A stretch of 64,000 nucleotides of DNA from Psammoneis japonica (lineage: Eukaryota), in NCBI GenBank assembly GCA_008632985.1, contig QPGO01000006.1, positions 62,001 through 126,000 of the forward strand, read 5' to 3'. The first letter of the stretch is position 1; each line of letters begins with the position of its first letter. This document shows, piece after piece, positions 32,676 through 45,327 of the stretch. Below the pieces are notes generated by a model that was not told the DNA's origin, did not search any database, and was given only the letters and a program-made list of their open reading frames with translations. Both the position numbers and the translations under genes were made by a program.

Positions 32676-34175
32676 ATGATGTTTGCGTTGTGGATAGTAC
32701 AGTATTTGCTGAGTGTCTCGTCCCACGTGTATGCCGAGAATTTGTTTCATCGAAAGCGAATGAGCATAAAAGTGAGAGCTGAAAATGAGCATCGTGGAAA
32801 AGTGGGCTTCCCCAATGTGGAAGATGACCTAGAGGACATCTCGCTTGGTAAACTTTTGCAGTTGTCCATGCCAACCACCGCGCCAGGAGAGACGCCAGCA
32901 CCGTCCCCTGGAGGGACGCCGCCAGGTGGGACGCCAGCACCGTCCCCTGGAGGGACGCCGCCAGGTGAGACGCCTGCACCATCAGCAGGAGGCACTCCGG
33001 CGAATTCTCAGACACCAACTCAGATAAATGGGACGGAAAATACAATCCTCAATGTCATCGCAGGATCTGATGTCCATAGGACCCTCCGGGATGCCTTGCT
33101 TGCAGCTTCAGTTGAAATAAACTCAGGATTGAGTAATCCAACGGCAACCATTACCTTCTTTGCCCCGACGGATTCGGGTTTTAGTCAACTGCCTAATGGC
33201 ACCGTGGAACTCCTCACCTCTGATCCTTGGCAGCCGCATCTTGATTGTGTTCTTTTAGGGCACATTCACACCGATGCTGTCATTTTGTCCACTGACATAA
33301 CAGGTCCTTTGACGGTGGAATCGGCCGAAGATGATTATGATTTAAACATGGATCTGGATGGAACTAACGTCACGGTAAATGGGGTTACCGTGGAGGTCGC
33401 CGACATTCTTGCCGATAACGGAGTTGTCCATAGTATCCCAGAAGTTCTTCTCCCACCATGCATTACAAGGAACATATTTGAAGTCCTCCAAGAAGATGAC
33501 ATCTTTTCGCCACTGGTCCAGTTGCTGACTGATGCTAACTTGGTAGATGCCCTTACCGCCCCCCCCACCCCCGAGGGACTCACTCTTTTTGCGCCCATTG
33601 AATTCCCAGAGGAAGTCTTAACTTTCCTCGCTAGCAACACAACGGCCTTAACTGAGGTTCTTACTTATCATGCCGTTCCAGAAAACACCATTCCGGATGT
33701 CTCGGGGTCTTTGACTACCGTCCAAGGTGAAGACATTGATGTCACAGTTGAAGGGGACGGCGTCGACCGGTCCATCACCCTGAATGGTAACAGCAAGGTG
33801 CTAGGTGAAGAGCTCGCATCCAATGGTATTGTTCTCGCAATTGATACAGTTCTGATCCCACCAAGTTTGGAGCTGCCGGGAACTACCACAGGGGCACCCA
33901 CCACTGCCGCATCTAGTAGTGCCGCTCCTAGTCCTGCAACTACACCTGAATCATCGGCTTCCGTCCCCACGGTCCAACCCACGGCCGAACCTACCGCTGA
34001 ACCCCAGGCTGATGCTGTTTCAGGAGCTCGCATTTCGGATGTGGGACCTGCGGTTGTGCGAGCTGCCCCCACTGAACCCAGTTCCGGAGTAGCAGGACGT
34101 AGCCTCGTTGCATCTGTGGCGGTGGGCATCATCTCTGTTTTCTTGTTGAACCTGGGGGGAATACAACTTAATTAA
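32676..34175 (+). CDS. Fasciclin (two FAS1 domains) cell-surface protein with Pro/Thr linkers and C-terminal anchor
   Basis: TFFAPTD, NGVVHSIPEVLLP, TLFAP, LTYH and NGIVLAIDTVLIP motifs, signal peptide, TPAPSPGG repeats and a hydrophobic C terminus. Confidence 0.92.
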   Translation: MMFALWIVQYLLSVSSHVYAENLFHRKRMSIKVRAENEHRGKVGFPNVEDDLEDISLGKLLQLSMPTTAPGETPAPSPGGTPPGGTPAPSPGGTPPGETPAPSAGGTPANSQTPTQINGTENTILNVIAGSDVHRTLRDALLAASVEINSGLSNPTATITFFAPTDSGFSQLPNGTVELLTSDPWQPHLDCVLLGHIHTDAVILSTDITGPLTVESAEDDYDLNMDLDGTNVTVNGVTVEVADILADNGVVHSIPEVLLPPCITRNIFEVLQEDDIFSPLVQLLTDANLVDALTAPPTPEGLTLFAPIEFPEEVLTFLASNTTALTEVLTYHAVPENTIPDVSGSLTTVQGEDIDVTVEGDGVDRSITLNGNSKVLGEELASNGIVLAIDTVLIPPSLELPGTTTGAPTTAASSSAAPSPATTPESSASVPTVQPTAEPTAEPQADAVSGARISDVGPAVVRAAPTEPSSGVAGRSLVASVAVGIISVFLLNLGGIQLN

Positions 34176-35002
34176 AACGTGTGATGAATCTGTACGATCT
34201 CTGACTGGAGTCTAGAATTTGATATGTACTCCAATGTGTCTCCACCACCGCTAAAGAGAGAGGATAGACGTGATGGCGAAATAAGTACCATACTAGTTTG
34301 ATAGTTTTTTCTACAGTACGTAACGGAATCTTGCATGGGCCAGTAAAGGGTGAAGTTAGCAAACTTAGAACACAAACCTAGTGTACCATGTCAAAACGAA
34401 ATACTGTGGGCGACAGACGTAGCTTTTGTCTCTGGAGTAGTACATGTTTTGGAGCAATTTTGGGGTTAATCTGAGTTTTGGTACTGCGCCATCTACCAAC
34501 AAGCTCAACGAACAAAAAAAGGGCGACCGTTGCGGAGCCTATCTTTATGGACAAAGTAAAGCGGGCTTGAATTGCCGGAATCTTCTTTGGTTGCAGCTGC
34601 TGCTCTCTCTCAGTCAAGGCGTATGAGCGGAGAATAAATAGAATTCAATGAGGCAAGAACTCTTTCAATTATGACTCGCCATGCACTTGCGTGCGGGCTA
34701 GTAAAAATCAAACCGCTCTTTCTACAATGACAAGTGCAGGGCGAATAAAATCTGTAATAGTTTCACGAGACCATACAAGATGTTTTGGGCTGTGCACTTT
34801 GGGAATGCCATTATCCGCCTCCTTACTGGTACTTTTAGCTGTAAAGCGATACCATGTAACATAGTTGCAAAAGAGACAGAAGTGCTTGTTACCAGTGTTA
34901 CTCATAGGTCTGCGTAATCAGCATTACTCTACAATAGGCCTACGTTCTCTAATTCTACGTGATAACACGTAAAAAATGGATCAAAGTAGCGAATCATCCA
35001 AT

Positions 35003-35900
35003 CTATTTCCTGGGAGGAATAGTGAGAGGGTTTCGGAGCAAGTTGTAGGGATTGTATTTGGTCATGATGGTTTGAAGCTTTTCGTCCAACCAGGACTTAG
35101 CGTCGTAGTCGTAGTAAGCACCCTTGACATCCTTCAACGGTTCCATCGAGTTGGTATGACCGGACTAGTAGTTCTTGCTATAGCGAGGATCAAAAATGTA
35201 CTCGCGAAGATCCTGCTCATAATACTCCAAGTCTTTGAGCTTGCCACTTCCCTCCTTTTTAACCTCAACGAGTAAGACATCACCAGGCGAATAGCGCTAG
35301 CCATAGGCCGTGTTCTCATTCTTGGTATCCATGGGACGAGGATCATGAATTTGCTTGTGCATTTCAGATGCAACCTTGGTCAATAGGCCCTCTGTCCATT
35401 CCATGTCGGCCTTGCGAGAGTCAATGGCACCGAAAACGTCACGTCCAGCCGCAATGAGCTGATGAACGTCTACGGCAGTAGAGTGCCAAGACGATTGTTT
35501 TGGGCAAGGCAGGCCAAGCCCACTTTGTCCTTGAAAACGTTCCACATTTTGCGACCCTTGACGATATCCTCGCCAGTCCAACAGCACCGCCGAGCCTGAC
35601 TTCATTAGGCTCGAGCCTGCAAGAGAAAAAGCCAAGCACCAAACTCGGGATTGCCCTCGCCCCATTATGATACTTGGCCAACGTACTGAGAAGACGCACC
35701 CCATCGTTGGGGACACCAGGCAACTTACAGTAGGTCTCAACCGACATTAGACTTTGGGAGGCACGGCATATGACGGTCCAAGAGCATTTCAGTGACAATG
35801 CCATAGTTTCCCGCACCAATCGACTTGATCTTGATTCCCGCTCTTCCGTCTGTATTCATTGACACATCCAGTGACAACATTAAAATGCATTGCATGCTTT
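35003..35900 (-). pseudogene. FAD-linked oxidoreductase (berberine-bridge-like) pseudogene
   Basis: GAGNYGIVTE, TAYG*R and AYYD...KLQTIMTKYNPYNLLRNPLTI. In-frame TAG at 35297 and 35165, plus frameshifts. Confidence 0.7.
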
Positions 35901-37149
35901 GTAAAGAAAAATGGGGCATTGTGCAATTGATGAATCCTTTCCGATTTGGATAACGACACCATCTTGGAAAATGCCGAGAGGTTGAATTGGAAATCACAAG
36001 AGCGAATCAAGACGTTGGAGCAATTGTGAAAACAACTCGCTAGAGTGTGATTGACACGAAATGACAAAATGAATGGATTCGAGATATTGTCACCAAGAAT
36101 CGTCTTGTCGTTCGAATCGAAAGCAAATCAATCAAGAGCCCGAGAGAGCGGTGCAACAATGAAAATGTTTCGCTTCTTTTGTTTTCGTTTGACTGTACCG
36201 ATTCCAACACGCACTCCAAAAGAGATACAGTCCCCAAAGGTACAATCCGAAGAAACTTTGTTTAGCTTTTTTTTCGAGTACAGCAAACTCACGTCGACTA
36301 CCACCGCTGGCGAGTTTGTGTTCCAACTCTATACGCCACGAGACGAACAAATCGTCTTCAATTAAAAACAAGACTGGTCGATTTTGTTGTGTGTTCAAAG
36401 TCGTGCTCCCCCCAAAAGCGCGAATCTAGAACGTTGTTATCAGAACGCATGTACTCGTTTCGTCTTTCGAAAATCGGTAAATGTACCAAACGATGCTTCA
36501 CGACATGTCGTCGTCGTCGTGAGTAGTTCCAAGAAATAACAGCCTTTTTTCCAATTCGCATCACTTGAAAATTGATGCAGTAGAAATGGCAACGCGACCT
36601 TGTGCAAATCACCCCACTGTTCACTGCGTTGCGGATGACACAGCTGCAACCTGCTGAATGGCACGCGACATGAAATTCTTGAATCTCGCTTTTGTAAGTT
36701 TTTGTTGGGTGCAGATCAAGAGAGAGAATTGCAGACATGATGATGATGCTGGTAGGGCCCTCTGCTAGTAGTAGAGACAAACCCTAAGCCAAAGCATCAA
36801 GATCTTTGCGGAACACCAACAAGAGAAAAGATACCGCGAAGATCTTTGCGCTACTGTATTTGCGCGCAGTTGCTGACGGTCTCCTCATGTGGCGCCAAAA
36901 TCGCGGGAAATCTAATATATTCATTCATACAATCGTGAAGAATTTGAATAAGTAAGATGGGCAATAGGTCGTCCTACACAACCATGGTACATATTTCTAC
37001 GTGAAACCTGCCAATCACACAACGTCTACCTCGCAAAACCATCTGCAGATCCCACGACACGATCGTTCCCACGGACCCACGCTTTCTCGTGTAAGGGCAC
37101 ACAATTGATTCAATCGACGTATTGCATTGACTCAATTGCCTTGAAATCA

Positions 37150-38547
37150 TGGATCTGTCCGACTCTGCCATGTCCAACATCTTTCTTGCATTCATCATCG
37201 TGCACTTTGTTCTCTCGCTTCCAGTTCTTGTCGGGGGCATCGAGATCTACGTTCGCTTCTTCCATCACCATGTTTTCGGCCTCTTTCCTTGGGTGTTTCC
37301 AAAGAACTGGACGACAACGGCAAGTGAACATGACTGGCTTGTGCACCCAAGTTTTGTGCCTTGACAATCACATCTGACTGTGTTCTTGCGTTGTTGCCGC
37401 CGTGATGTAGGAGCCGGCATTTGCTGACGACCGCGATTGTGGAGAAGAGGATGTCAAGCGCTTCTGGCACACCATGCATCTCTTGGTTAGGATGTTTGCT
37501 GTCTTTTGTTGCAGCCATGCAATCGGTGTCGATGCGAAGCGGGCGTGGCGCATTTTTCGCAGCCCGACGTTCAACAGCAGTGTGTCTCTGTTGACGGGGC
37601 ACATCATTTTGGAAGCAAGCATCAATCTCTACAAAAAGCTCATTGGCACGATTCAAAAGTCCATCATCTTCTTCCGCGATCTGTCGAGTGCATTGATGGA
37701 GTCCACAGTCAAGATGGTGGGTGAAACAACTCCAATCACGGCAGCGCTTGTCAAATTCGTTTGCAAGAATGCGCTCAAGACAGTCAAAGGGTGTGCTTCC
37801 AGTGTCGGATCCAAGGAAGACCCTTTGATTTTGCTGGCGAGTGTTGACATTGGAGAAGTCGTTTGTGCCACTGACAAGAAGATTGCTGGTGTTGTGATCC
37901 ATCTGCTCGTCGCGTCGGCACACGGACTTGACGCAACACAATGCACTGGACTTGCGTCTTTGGTTTTCTGGCGCTTTGCTCCGTGGACATTCAAGTGTTA
38001 CAATGAAGGCTGTTTTGGGAAGGGACTGGAGTCAACCATTGAGTTGCTTGATTCCAAGTGCAAACGAGGACAAATTGCAATTCTCAAACAGGGTTCGGGG
38101 CATGTCGAAATGCGAGCGAAAATTCTCAAGGTGCATTTCGATGACAAGCCAGTTCCCTGTCACACCATCCTCTTGCCCAACAGAAAGGAAATTCTACAAA
38201 CGGATGAGTTGCAGTTAATGAAAGAGCTGCCTCCAACTTGTTGCAAGCATTTCGAAGACGATTTTGACGACGAGGAGGACGAATTTGAACGAAGCAGGGA
38301 AATGATGTCAGTGTGGCAAGTTTTGTTGAGCTCAAAAAGGTTCTGGCCGAAACAAATGCTGTGGTCCATGCACACGTGGCGGCCTCACCAATGTGGCAAC
38401 CTGTCGGTGAGACAACACAAAAAAGCAATCCTGTGCGCGACATTTGAGTTCTGCTTTTTGGGAAATTTAGCTGCATCGGAATGGAAAGAACTCGTCAAAA
38501 TGACACTGCGACGACACCTGCTCTGTGTGCATGCAATGCTTGTTTAG
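37150..38547 (+). pseudogene. TA-depleted copy of a hypothetical host gene
   Basis: AKILKVHFDDKPVPCHTILLP...EILQTDE resembles a recurrent diatom motif (VH.DD..PYYTI...E.QT, from recall) with YY read as CH. Confidence 0.45.
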
Positions 38548-38664
38548 CACTGATCATCTTTTGAATTCCACAGCATTTGTGGTTGATCACGTGTTCTACA
38601 TTGTACGGCAGCCGAGCGATGCTGGGCTTCCGATCATGCGACTGCTCGCACTCTGTTCTCTAGA

Positions 38665-39570
38665 CATGGATGCAACCATTGATGTTTCTTTTGGTTGTGG
38701 CATGCCGCGTGCTCTTGACAACAATGAAATTTGATGGATTTCTTGTCGCACATCCAATGGGTCTTCATCGTCGTGCAAATCACAATGCTCCGCCACGTGA
38801 TCAATGGAAAAAGACATGTCTTCTTCTTCTTCCGATGATGATGATTCTTCTTCTTGCAGGCGTTGTTGCTGTCTCGCAAGAGCCGCCATGCGACACAATG
38901 ACAATTGTCGACAGAGTGACTGTTGCATGCCACCAATGGACGACATGGAGGTGGATGTGACTTCACTTGCAGCCGTGCTGGGAGTCATGTCACTTGTCAA
39001 GCTGCATGCATCCACTCAAAGGATTCATCATCAATTGGGCGCTCACTGGAAACAACCGATGCTGCCATTGTCGCAACTGCAGCCATCTTTGCAACACTGG
39101 GGACTGTCATCCATGGCGCAGCCATTGTCATCATCTTGCTTGGATGTTTTTGTCTCGTCTTTTTGTTTCTCATTGCTCGTTTTGCTGGTCCGCGTCTGGT
39201 CTTGGGTCGTTTCTGCACTTTCCACCAAACTGCCAATGGGAGCTGACACCAACACAAGTGCCACGGCTGCCACGCAGACACCGCAACTCCTGCATTGTTG
39301 CTGCTGCATTTCTTGGAAGACTTCAATGACTTGTGCATTTGAGGCTTCTTGCAAACTTGTCGTATCGCCCAAGGCTTGTTGTTGCACCACACGCACAAAT
39401 TCTGTTTCGACGGGACTGCCTTGAAACAAAACTTGGCCCATGCACTTCAAAGTCGTTGCAGTTGTCAACAAGACTCGATTTGATTTTTGCAAGCCCAAAT
39501 CAATGCGGATGGTCTGCAGTGAACTTTGAACAAAGTGTTCCATCAAGCATTGTGAAAGGGAATCAAAACG
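38665..39570 (-). pseudogene. Partial, hypermutated copy of the membrane-protein gene at 59940-61718
   Basis: Shared peptides GQVLFQGSPVETEFVRVVQ, GVCVAAVALVLV, TSMSSIGGMQQS, RMAALARQQQR and SSSEEEEDMSFS.DHVAEH. Frameshifted. Confidence 0.92.
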
Positions 39571-39654
39571 GCCCTCATTGATTCCGGCATTCTCATCACT
39601 CTCGTGACACACTCCGACGAAAAATTGGAGCGACTTCGCCCACAACATCTTCCG

Positions 39655-41240
39655 TGCACGTGGGACTTGCAGTCACCAGTCCAGCCTCCACAAGCACGTC
39701 CAACTGATGGCATCCGTGTCGTCCAGGCCCTGGAGCAGAGTGCAGGAGGATGCCGGTGCAGCCGTGCAGGTTTGCCGACCGCTTTGAGCAGCAACCGTTG
39801 GGTGCCTTGAGGCGTTGTTGGACAAGCATCCTGACTTAGATTCAAAATTGAATGCCAAGTCCAACAAGACACTCATGCCATCGTGAAAAAAATCAGTGAG
39901 ACGCTGGCTGCAGTTCGTGAGCAAGTGACATCTTGGACAGAGAGAGTGAGTGCGAAAGCACACTTGAAAAAGCCAATGCTTCCCAAGTCCCAACAGCACA
40001 GTGTGTCTGGACCCCAGGGATCTTTTGCATCTTTGCTGCTCGCAGCATCACTTTTTAAAAATGAATCTCCTGTGTCTCTGCACAATTGGCATCTGTTGTC
40101 AAGGGTCGAAGACAAAGGGCATTGCATCCTCTCTCAGTTGATGAAAATTGAGCTGAGGGGACGTCTGCAATGCAATGCACTGCCCATCTTGCATCAGGGG
40201 TGCCAATTTTCTGTGACACCTCACTCTTCAGCCGAACTTGATGCCGACGATGGCAACAAACGGCTTCCGGGGCTTCCACTCCGCTTCATCACAAACATGC
40301 GAAACAAAAAATTGCATGAAAAAGATGCAGTCAAGTCTAGATTTCACAGAGCAAATGGCAGAGGCGGCGCTTCGTCTCCTTCTCCCTCACAGGACCGGCA
40401 AACAGACAATCACGAATCTTTGCCCCCTCAGCATCCTTGCTGCTGTCGTTGATTCAACCAAAACCAAAATCACTGGTCACCCGCAGGATTCAAAAAGGCA
40501 CCAATGCACAACAACAGAGACAAAACATGCCGTCAAGGGTGGCGACCACTTGAGACGCAACGAGACGACTCCAGAGAGCATGACAATTCTCGAGGAGAGA
40601 CGACACGACTCAAACTGACGGAGTCGACCCCACAGCTCCTGCAGAGCTTCTTTCTCGATGCCAGACTTTCCCTCTTAAGAGTGCAGCATCGATGACGACG
40701 TAACGTGGCTGCTGTCAACGCCAAGGGTAGAGTCACTTCATGCACGTGGGACTTGCAGTCACTGGTCCAGCCTCCACAAGCACGTCCAACTGACAGCATC
40801 CGTGTCGTCCAGGCCCTGGAGCAGAGTGCAGGAGGATGCCGGCACAGCCGTGCAGGTTTGCCAACTGCTTTGAGCAGCAACCGTTGGGTGCCTCGAGGCA
40901 TTGTTGGGTGCGCATCCTGACTTAGATTCAAAATTGAATGCCAAGTCCAACAAGACACTCATGCCACAATTTAAAAAAAAAACAGTGAGATGCCAACTAG
41001 CAGTTTGTGAGCGAGCAACATCTTGGATGGAGAGAGAGTGGAGAGTGAGTGCGAAAGCACATGTGAAAAAGCCAACGCTTCCCAAGTCCCAACAGTGTAG
41101 TGTGTCTGGACCCCAGGGTAAATTTTTCCTTCTTTGCCACTCGCACCATCACTCTTTCAAAGGTGTCCCCTGTCTTTTGTCATGGGATGGAAGACAACGG
41201 GCATTGCATTCTCTCTTAGATGATGAAAACAGATGGCTGG
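39655..41240. repeat. Direct repeat pair, about 39655-40150 and 40741-41240
   Basis: tgcacgtgggacttgcagtcac...gtgtgtctggaccccaggg occurs twice, with weaker similarity beyond. Confidence 0.9.
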
Positions 41241-41514
41241 ATGACGTCTTTAGGAGTCTGAAAGGGCCAAGTGGCAGAAGGTGATTTGAGCAACAGGGAA
41301 CGCAACGTCAGAATTTGGTGCACCCTCTTGAAACGCGGTGACACTTTTACGGAGCAGTGTCGATTCAGGAATGTGAAGAGGTGCCGCACCCTCCAACAAG
41401 GGGTTGCTCTTCACAGGAATGAATTGTTGTAGGACCGCGAAAAGACTCTTGGACGTTCATGACTTGCACATCATACGGTAGAACCGGCACGTGCCGAGAT
41501 TCGTCATGATTCCA

Positions 41515-41625
41515 ATCTCTCATCCGACTCTCACCCTCTCATCGAACTCTCACCGAATCTCTCATCCAAAGTTCTCACCGCTCTCATCCTGAAAAATCCA
41601 GATTTCTCACCGACTCTCACCGAAA
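41515..41625. repeat. Cluster of ctctca(t/c)c motifs, possibly transposon subterminal repeats
   Basis: About nine closely spaced tctcacc/tctcatc motifs. Confidence 0.6.
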
Positions 41626-44600
41626 AACTGAAAAAGCTGAAAGCAAAATTCCATCTGTGCACCAAAGAAAATGAGAGAACGAAAACCATCCACAAGTTTC
41701 ACGATCACTTTTTTTTACAGTAGATCAGCACACTGACCGCACGACCATGACCGAAAACAACGGTGACCCCGGGAAACGTAACACATGACCCACCATGGAA
41801 ACAACGGAGAGGTCCAAAGCATCAATTTGCTTGAACTCGGCACACTGCACTCCTCCCTATTCACATTCATGAATCGCCTGGCAATTGTTTGAAAATGAGA
41901 CCAATTTGGCGCTGTCGTTGCTGGTGCTGAGTGCAAGAGAGGATGATTCCTGCAGGGAGCTGGGCAAGATGACAAAAGTTTGTGTGCTCGCAACTTGTTG
42001 TCCAACTGCTTTTCTGGCTTCATCCCGGCAGAACTTGGCAAATCTTTTGAATCAAGAAACGCTCATGTTGCATGTGAATCGGACTGACGGGATCACACCT
42101 GCGCAGTTGGAAAGACTCAAGAAGCTGTGCAAGTGTGCTGATTGCTGATGCATGATTGCTTTCAAAACAGTCGCCACTCACTCATTTGCTTGTTCTGCCA
42201 TTTGCATTGTTGCACCGTTCCACTGGCTAGTTTTTTTTTTCCATTGAAAGGAACAAGTTAGTGGGAACAACACATTCAGATTTTACAGCTTGTGCTGGCC
42301 TCATTAGAAAGTGGTGGCAACAATGTGCTGTGTCGCTTCCGTCATGTTGATGTTGGACATGGGCGTTTCTTTTCCCACGGCCTCTTTTTGCAACTGAATC
42401 AATTCCTCTTTGTGCTTGGACATTTTTTGTCAAACGTTTCGGCTCGTCCCGTCTCCACATCAGGTGTGCCTTCCTTGGTCCAACGATCAAAGCCAGTTGC
42501 AGCGTCTCACAAGAAACTCCGCAGAGCTGGAATTCAATGGATCACATGCTGGGTGCTGTCGTGGAAGAGAGCAATTCCAACCTGAGTTTACACAGAAGAA
42601 CAAGTCTCTAGCGGCAGGCCCTCTCTGCAGCAGAGCAGAGATGCCGCAGTGACACGGTCGCTGCAAGGGATGACTCTTGAAGAATTCTCTTTAGAAAGAC
42701 ACCAAGCATGAAATCGTTGGTCACCGCTGGTGTCGCCATGGCTGCTTTTTCCTCTTGTCTTTTGCCAAAGGCACGTTCCCACCCCGACAATTTCGGCCGT
42801 AAAATGCAGGGGTCACCGATTTAGTGTTTGTTGTTTGTTGTCCCGGATGATTGCTCATTCGTTGGACTTTGTTGGCGAAGAAATGTGACAATTGCATTTG
42901 GGTGACTTTTGTTCGAACATTTAGTGTGAGTTGAACTTACGTCAATGATGATGTCACAAGGGTCTTTCTGGGTCACCACGGTTCAACTTCTACGTGCGGT
43001 GGCATTAGCGTCGAATCACATGACCAAAAATGTTTCGTGTCAATTACAGATGACATTGCAGGAATTAGGAATTCTCAGAATGAACACATGTCTTGCCAAG
43101 CACGTAGATTCTATGAGTGCCGCACCAGAAACAAAGATCGCAGTGCAAAACATTCATTTTTTTTTCTTCGACGATGAGCGAAAGCCGTTGCGCAATGTCG
43201 GGTAAAGGTGTGAAGACCCTCGGTTTGATGGCTCCACATGCCAACCTTGACACATGCCGAGCACATGTGGGAAGCCTGTGCCGAGGGTTTGAAGCGGGAG
43301 TGTTGCGAATGTCGCCGATGCATTTTTGGAATCCTGTTTCGCCATCTTCGTCTGCCAGCTGATGCGCCTTCTTTGTCGACTGTTTTGGCAAAGACTTGGT
43401 CAGCAGCAAAAAGTGTGAGCCACACTTACATTCTAACACATCCAAACTGCAGCATGAGAGCTTTGTGCCGCACAAAACCAAAAGCCATTGAGCCTTCTCA
43501 CTGTTTTCCTTGGCACCGGATGGTTTGGATCGGAGCAACGTCTTGTGTCAAACGCAGGAAGCAACAAACAAGCGGATGAACATGGTGGCACATGATGCAC
43601 CCCACGTTCTCATTCGTGAATGTCCACTTGACAATGTGAGAGCTTGCCACTGCAATGGAAGCTGACGTCAAACAAGTGCTCGCTTCTTTTTCTTCGGAGT
43701 CCACAGAGAGAAGATGTTGAAAGTAAGAATGTGCAACAAAAGGCAAAGCAAGATTTGGTCAATGCCAAACACTTCAAACCACACACTCGCATTCTTGCAC
43801 ACAATGACGACAACATGAGAGCTTTGCACCACAATGAAACGAAAAGGAAAAGGCCTTCTCACTTTCTTTCCTCGGCGCAGCGGGTGGAATCGACAGGTGC
43901 AACGACTGGTGTCAAACAGAGCAAAAAACAAACCAGCTGGGGCCAAATGTGGCAGTTGATCCACCACATTCGCATTCTTGCATTCTCATGTGACAATGTC
44001 AGACCTTGATGCTTCAACAGAAGCATCAATCAATCGAGTGCTCTTGCTTCTTCTTCAGGGTGCACAAGAGAGAAGAAATTGAAAGTGAGAAAATTGAAAA
44101 GCACGTTTCGACATTTTGGGATTGTTTTGAATTGCAATGTTCACATTTGACTCACCTTGAATGTTCGAAAGAGACAATGTTCCAGCTGTCGGTTCAACAA
44201 GATGAACAGACACGAAACCCCGCCGTGTCACTGCTTGTCGGCACCCTCAGAATGCTGCAACATTTCTTCCTGATTGTTGGCAACTGAATTTCTTTAGTTT
44301 CCGTGCAGCTTCAAGCAAACAAGCATTGCGGGATGTTCCTTCGAAGGTCAATGACACAATGAGCTGATTGTCAGCACATGACACACTTACGATGGCCGTC
44401 GAAACACTTCCAGCGTCATGGTGAAGGTTTCGGGTTGAGAAAAAAAATGTGCAATCTTCCGTTGCGGTCTTGCCGTCACAAGTCTGCACAAGATCTTGGT
44501 GCCATTTCTACGCTGGTGCTAAAAATTTCGCTCTACAGACGCAAATGTCATGGATGAACCGTGGTGGGGCAGGCGTGCGTCGGAACTGCCTGACACCGGC

Positions 44601-44656
44601 CTCGTTTGGCGTCGAAGGCTCAATTAAAACAGTGACAGATGATGTCATCAACTTAA

Positions 44657-45327
44657 CCCCACTCCCAGCGCGAACCATGCAGTGGTTCGCCGCGCGAAAT
44701 CACGGATGCGCGCGACTGTTGCCCCGAACCATAACGTGGTTCGCTGCACGCCAAAAACGACCCGATGCACAATGGTTGAAAAGGTAGAAGGTAAAGAGAC
44801 ATCTACAACAAATTTGCATCAGTCGATGCAGCAAAGTCCACTTGACAACATGCATGCTTCATTTTAGTGGTTTGCTACGTTCTTAAAAGTCTCCACACTG
44901 CTGCCGTCTTGTTCATCATCGAACCACATTTTTCTGGTGAATTTTGGCATTTGACCTGCTGGCACAAATTGCACGTAGATTTCTACGCACGTCCTCCGAA
45001 CCACATCATGGTTCGACAATTCTGCAGGGTTCTTGGCACTTGTCTACGCAGCGAACCATTGAGTGGTTCGACAACATCTTCTGGTGCTGTTCTACGGTGG
45101 TTTCTACGGGGTGATAAAATCACCGCCAACGACCATGACGGTGATTTGACGGCGACCGTGCTTCATGCACGAGTGGTTGCTGACAACACAATGCATTGGT
45201 GACGATGGCTTTTTGACTCTGTTAAAAGGTCACACATGTGCAGGTGCCACTTTATCGTGTCAGTCACGAGTTTCACGTTGCGCAAGTTGCGAACCACCAA
45301 GTGGTTCGACATTTTGCCCGAGTGGGG
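44657..45327. mobile_element. piggyBac-type non-autonomous element, 671 bp, TTAA TSD
   Basis: ttaa|ccccactc ... gagtgggg|ttaa (TTAA at 44653-44656 and 45328-45331). Five internal CGAACCA-N5-TGGTTCG palindromes. Confidence 0.8.

Noticed and set aside
35165..35299. TAG readthrough or A-to-I RNA editing rescuing the oxidoreductase
   Set aside because: Upstream motifs lie in different frames and the N-terminal FAD-binding region was not found, so ordinary pseudogenisation is simpler.
39655..41240. LTR pair of a TRIM or LTR retrotransposon
   Set aside because: No clear TG...CA ends, primer-binding site, polypurine tract or TSD were found. Kept as a plain direct repeat.
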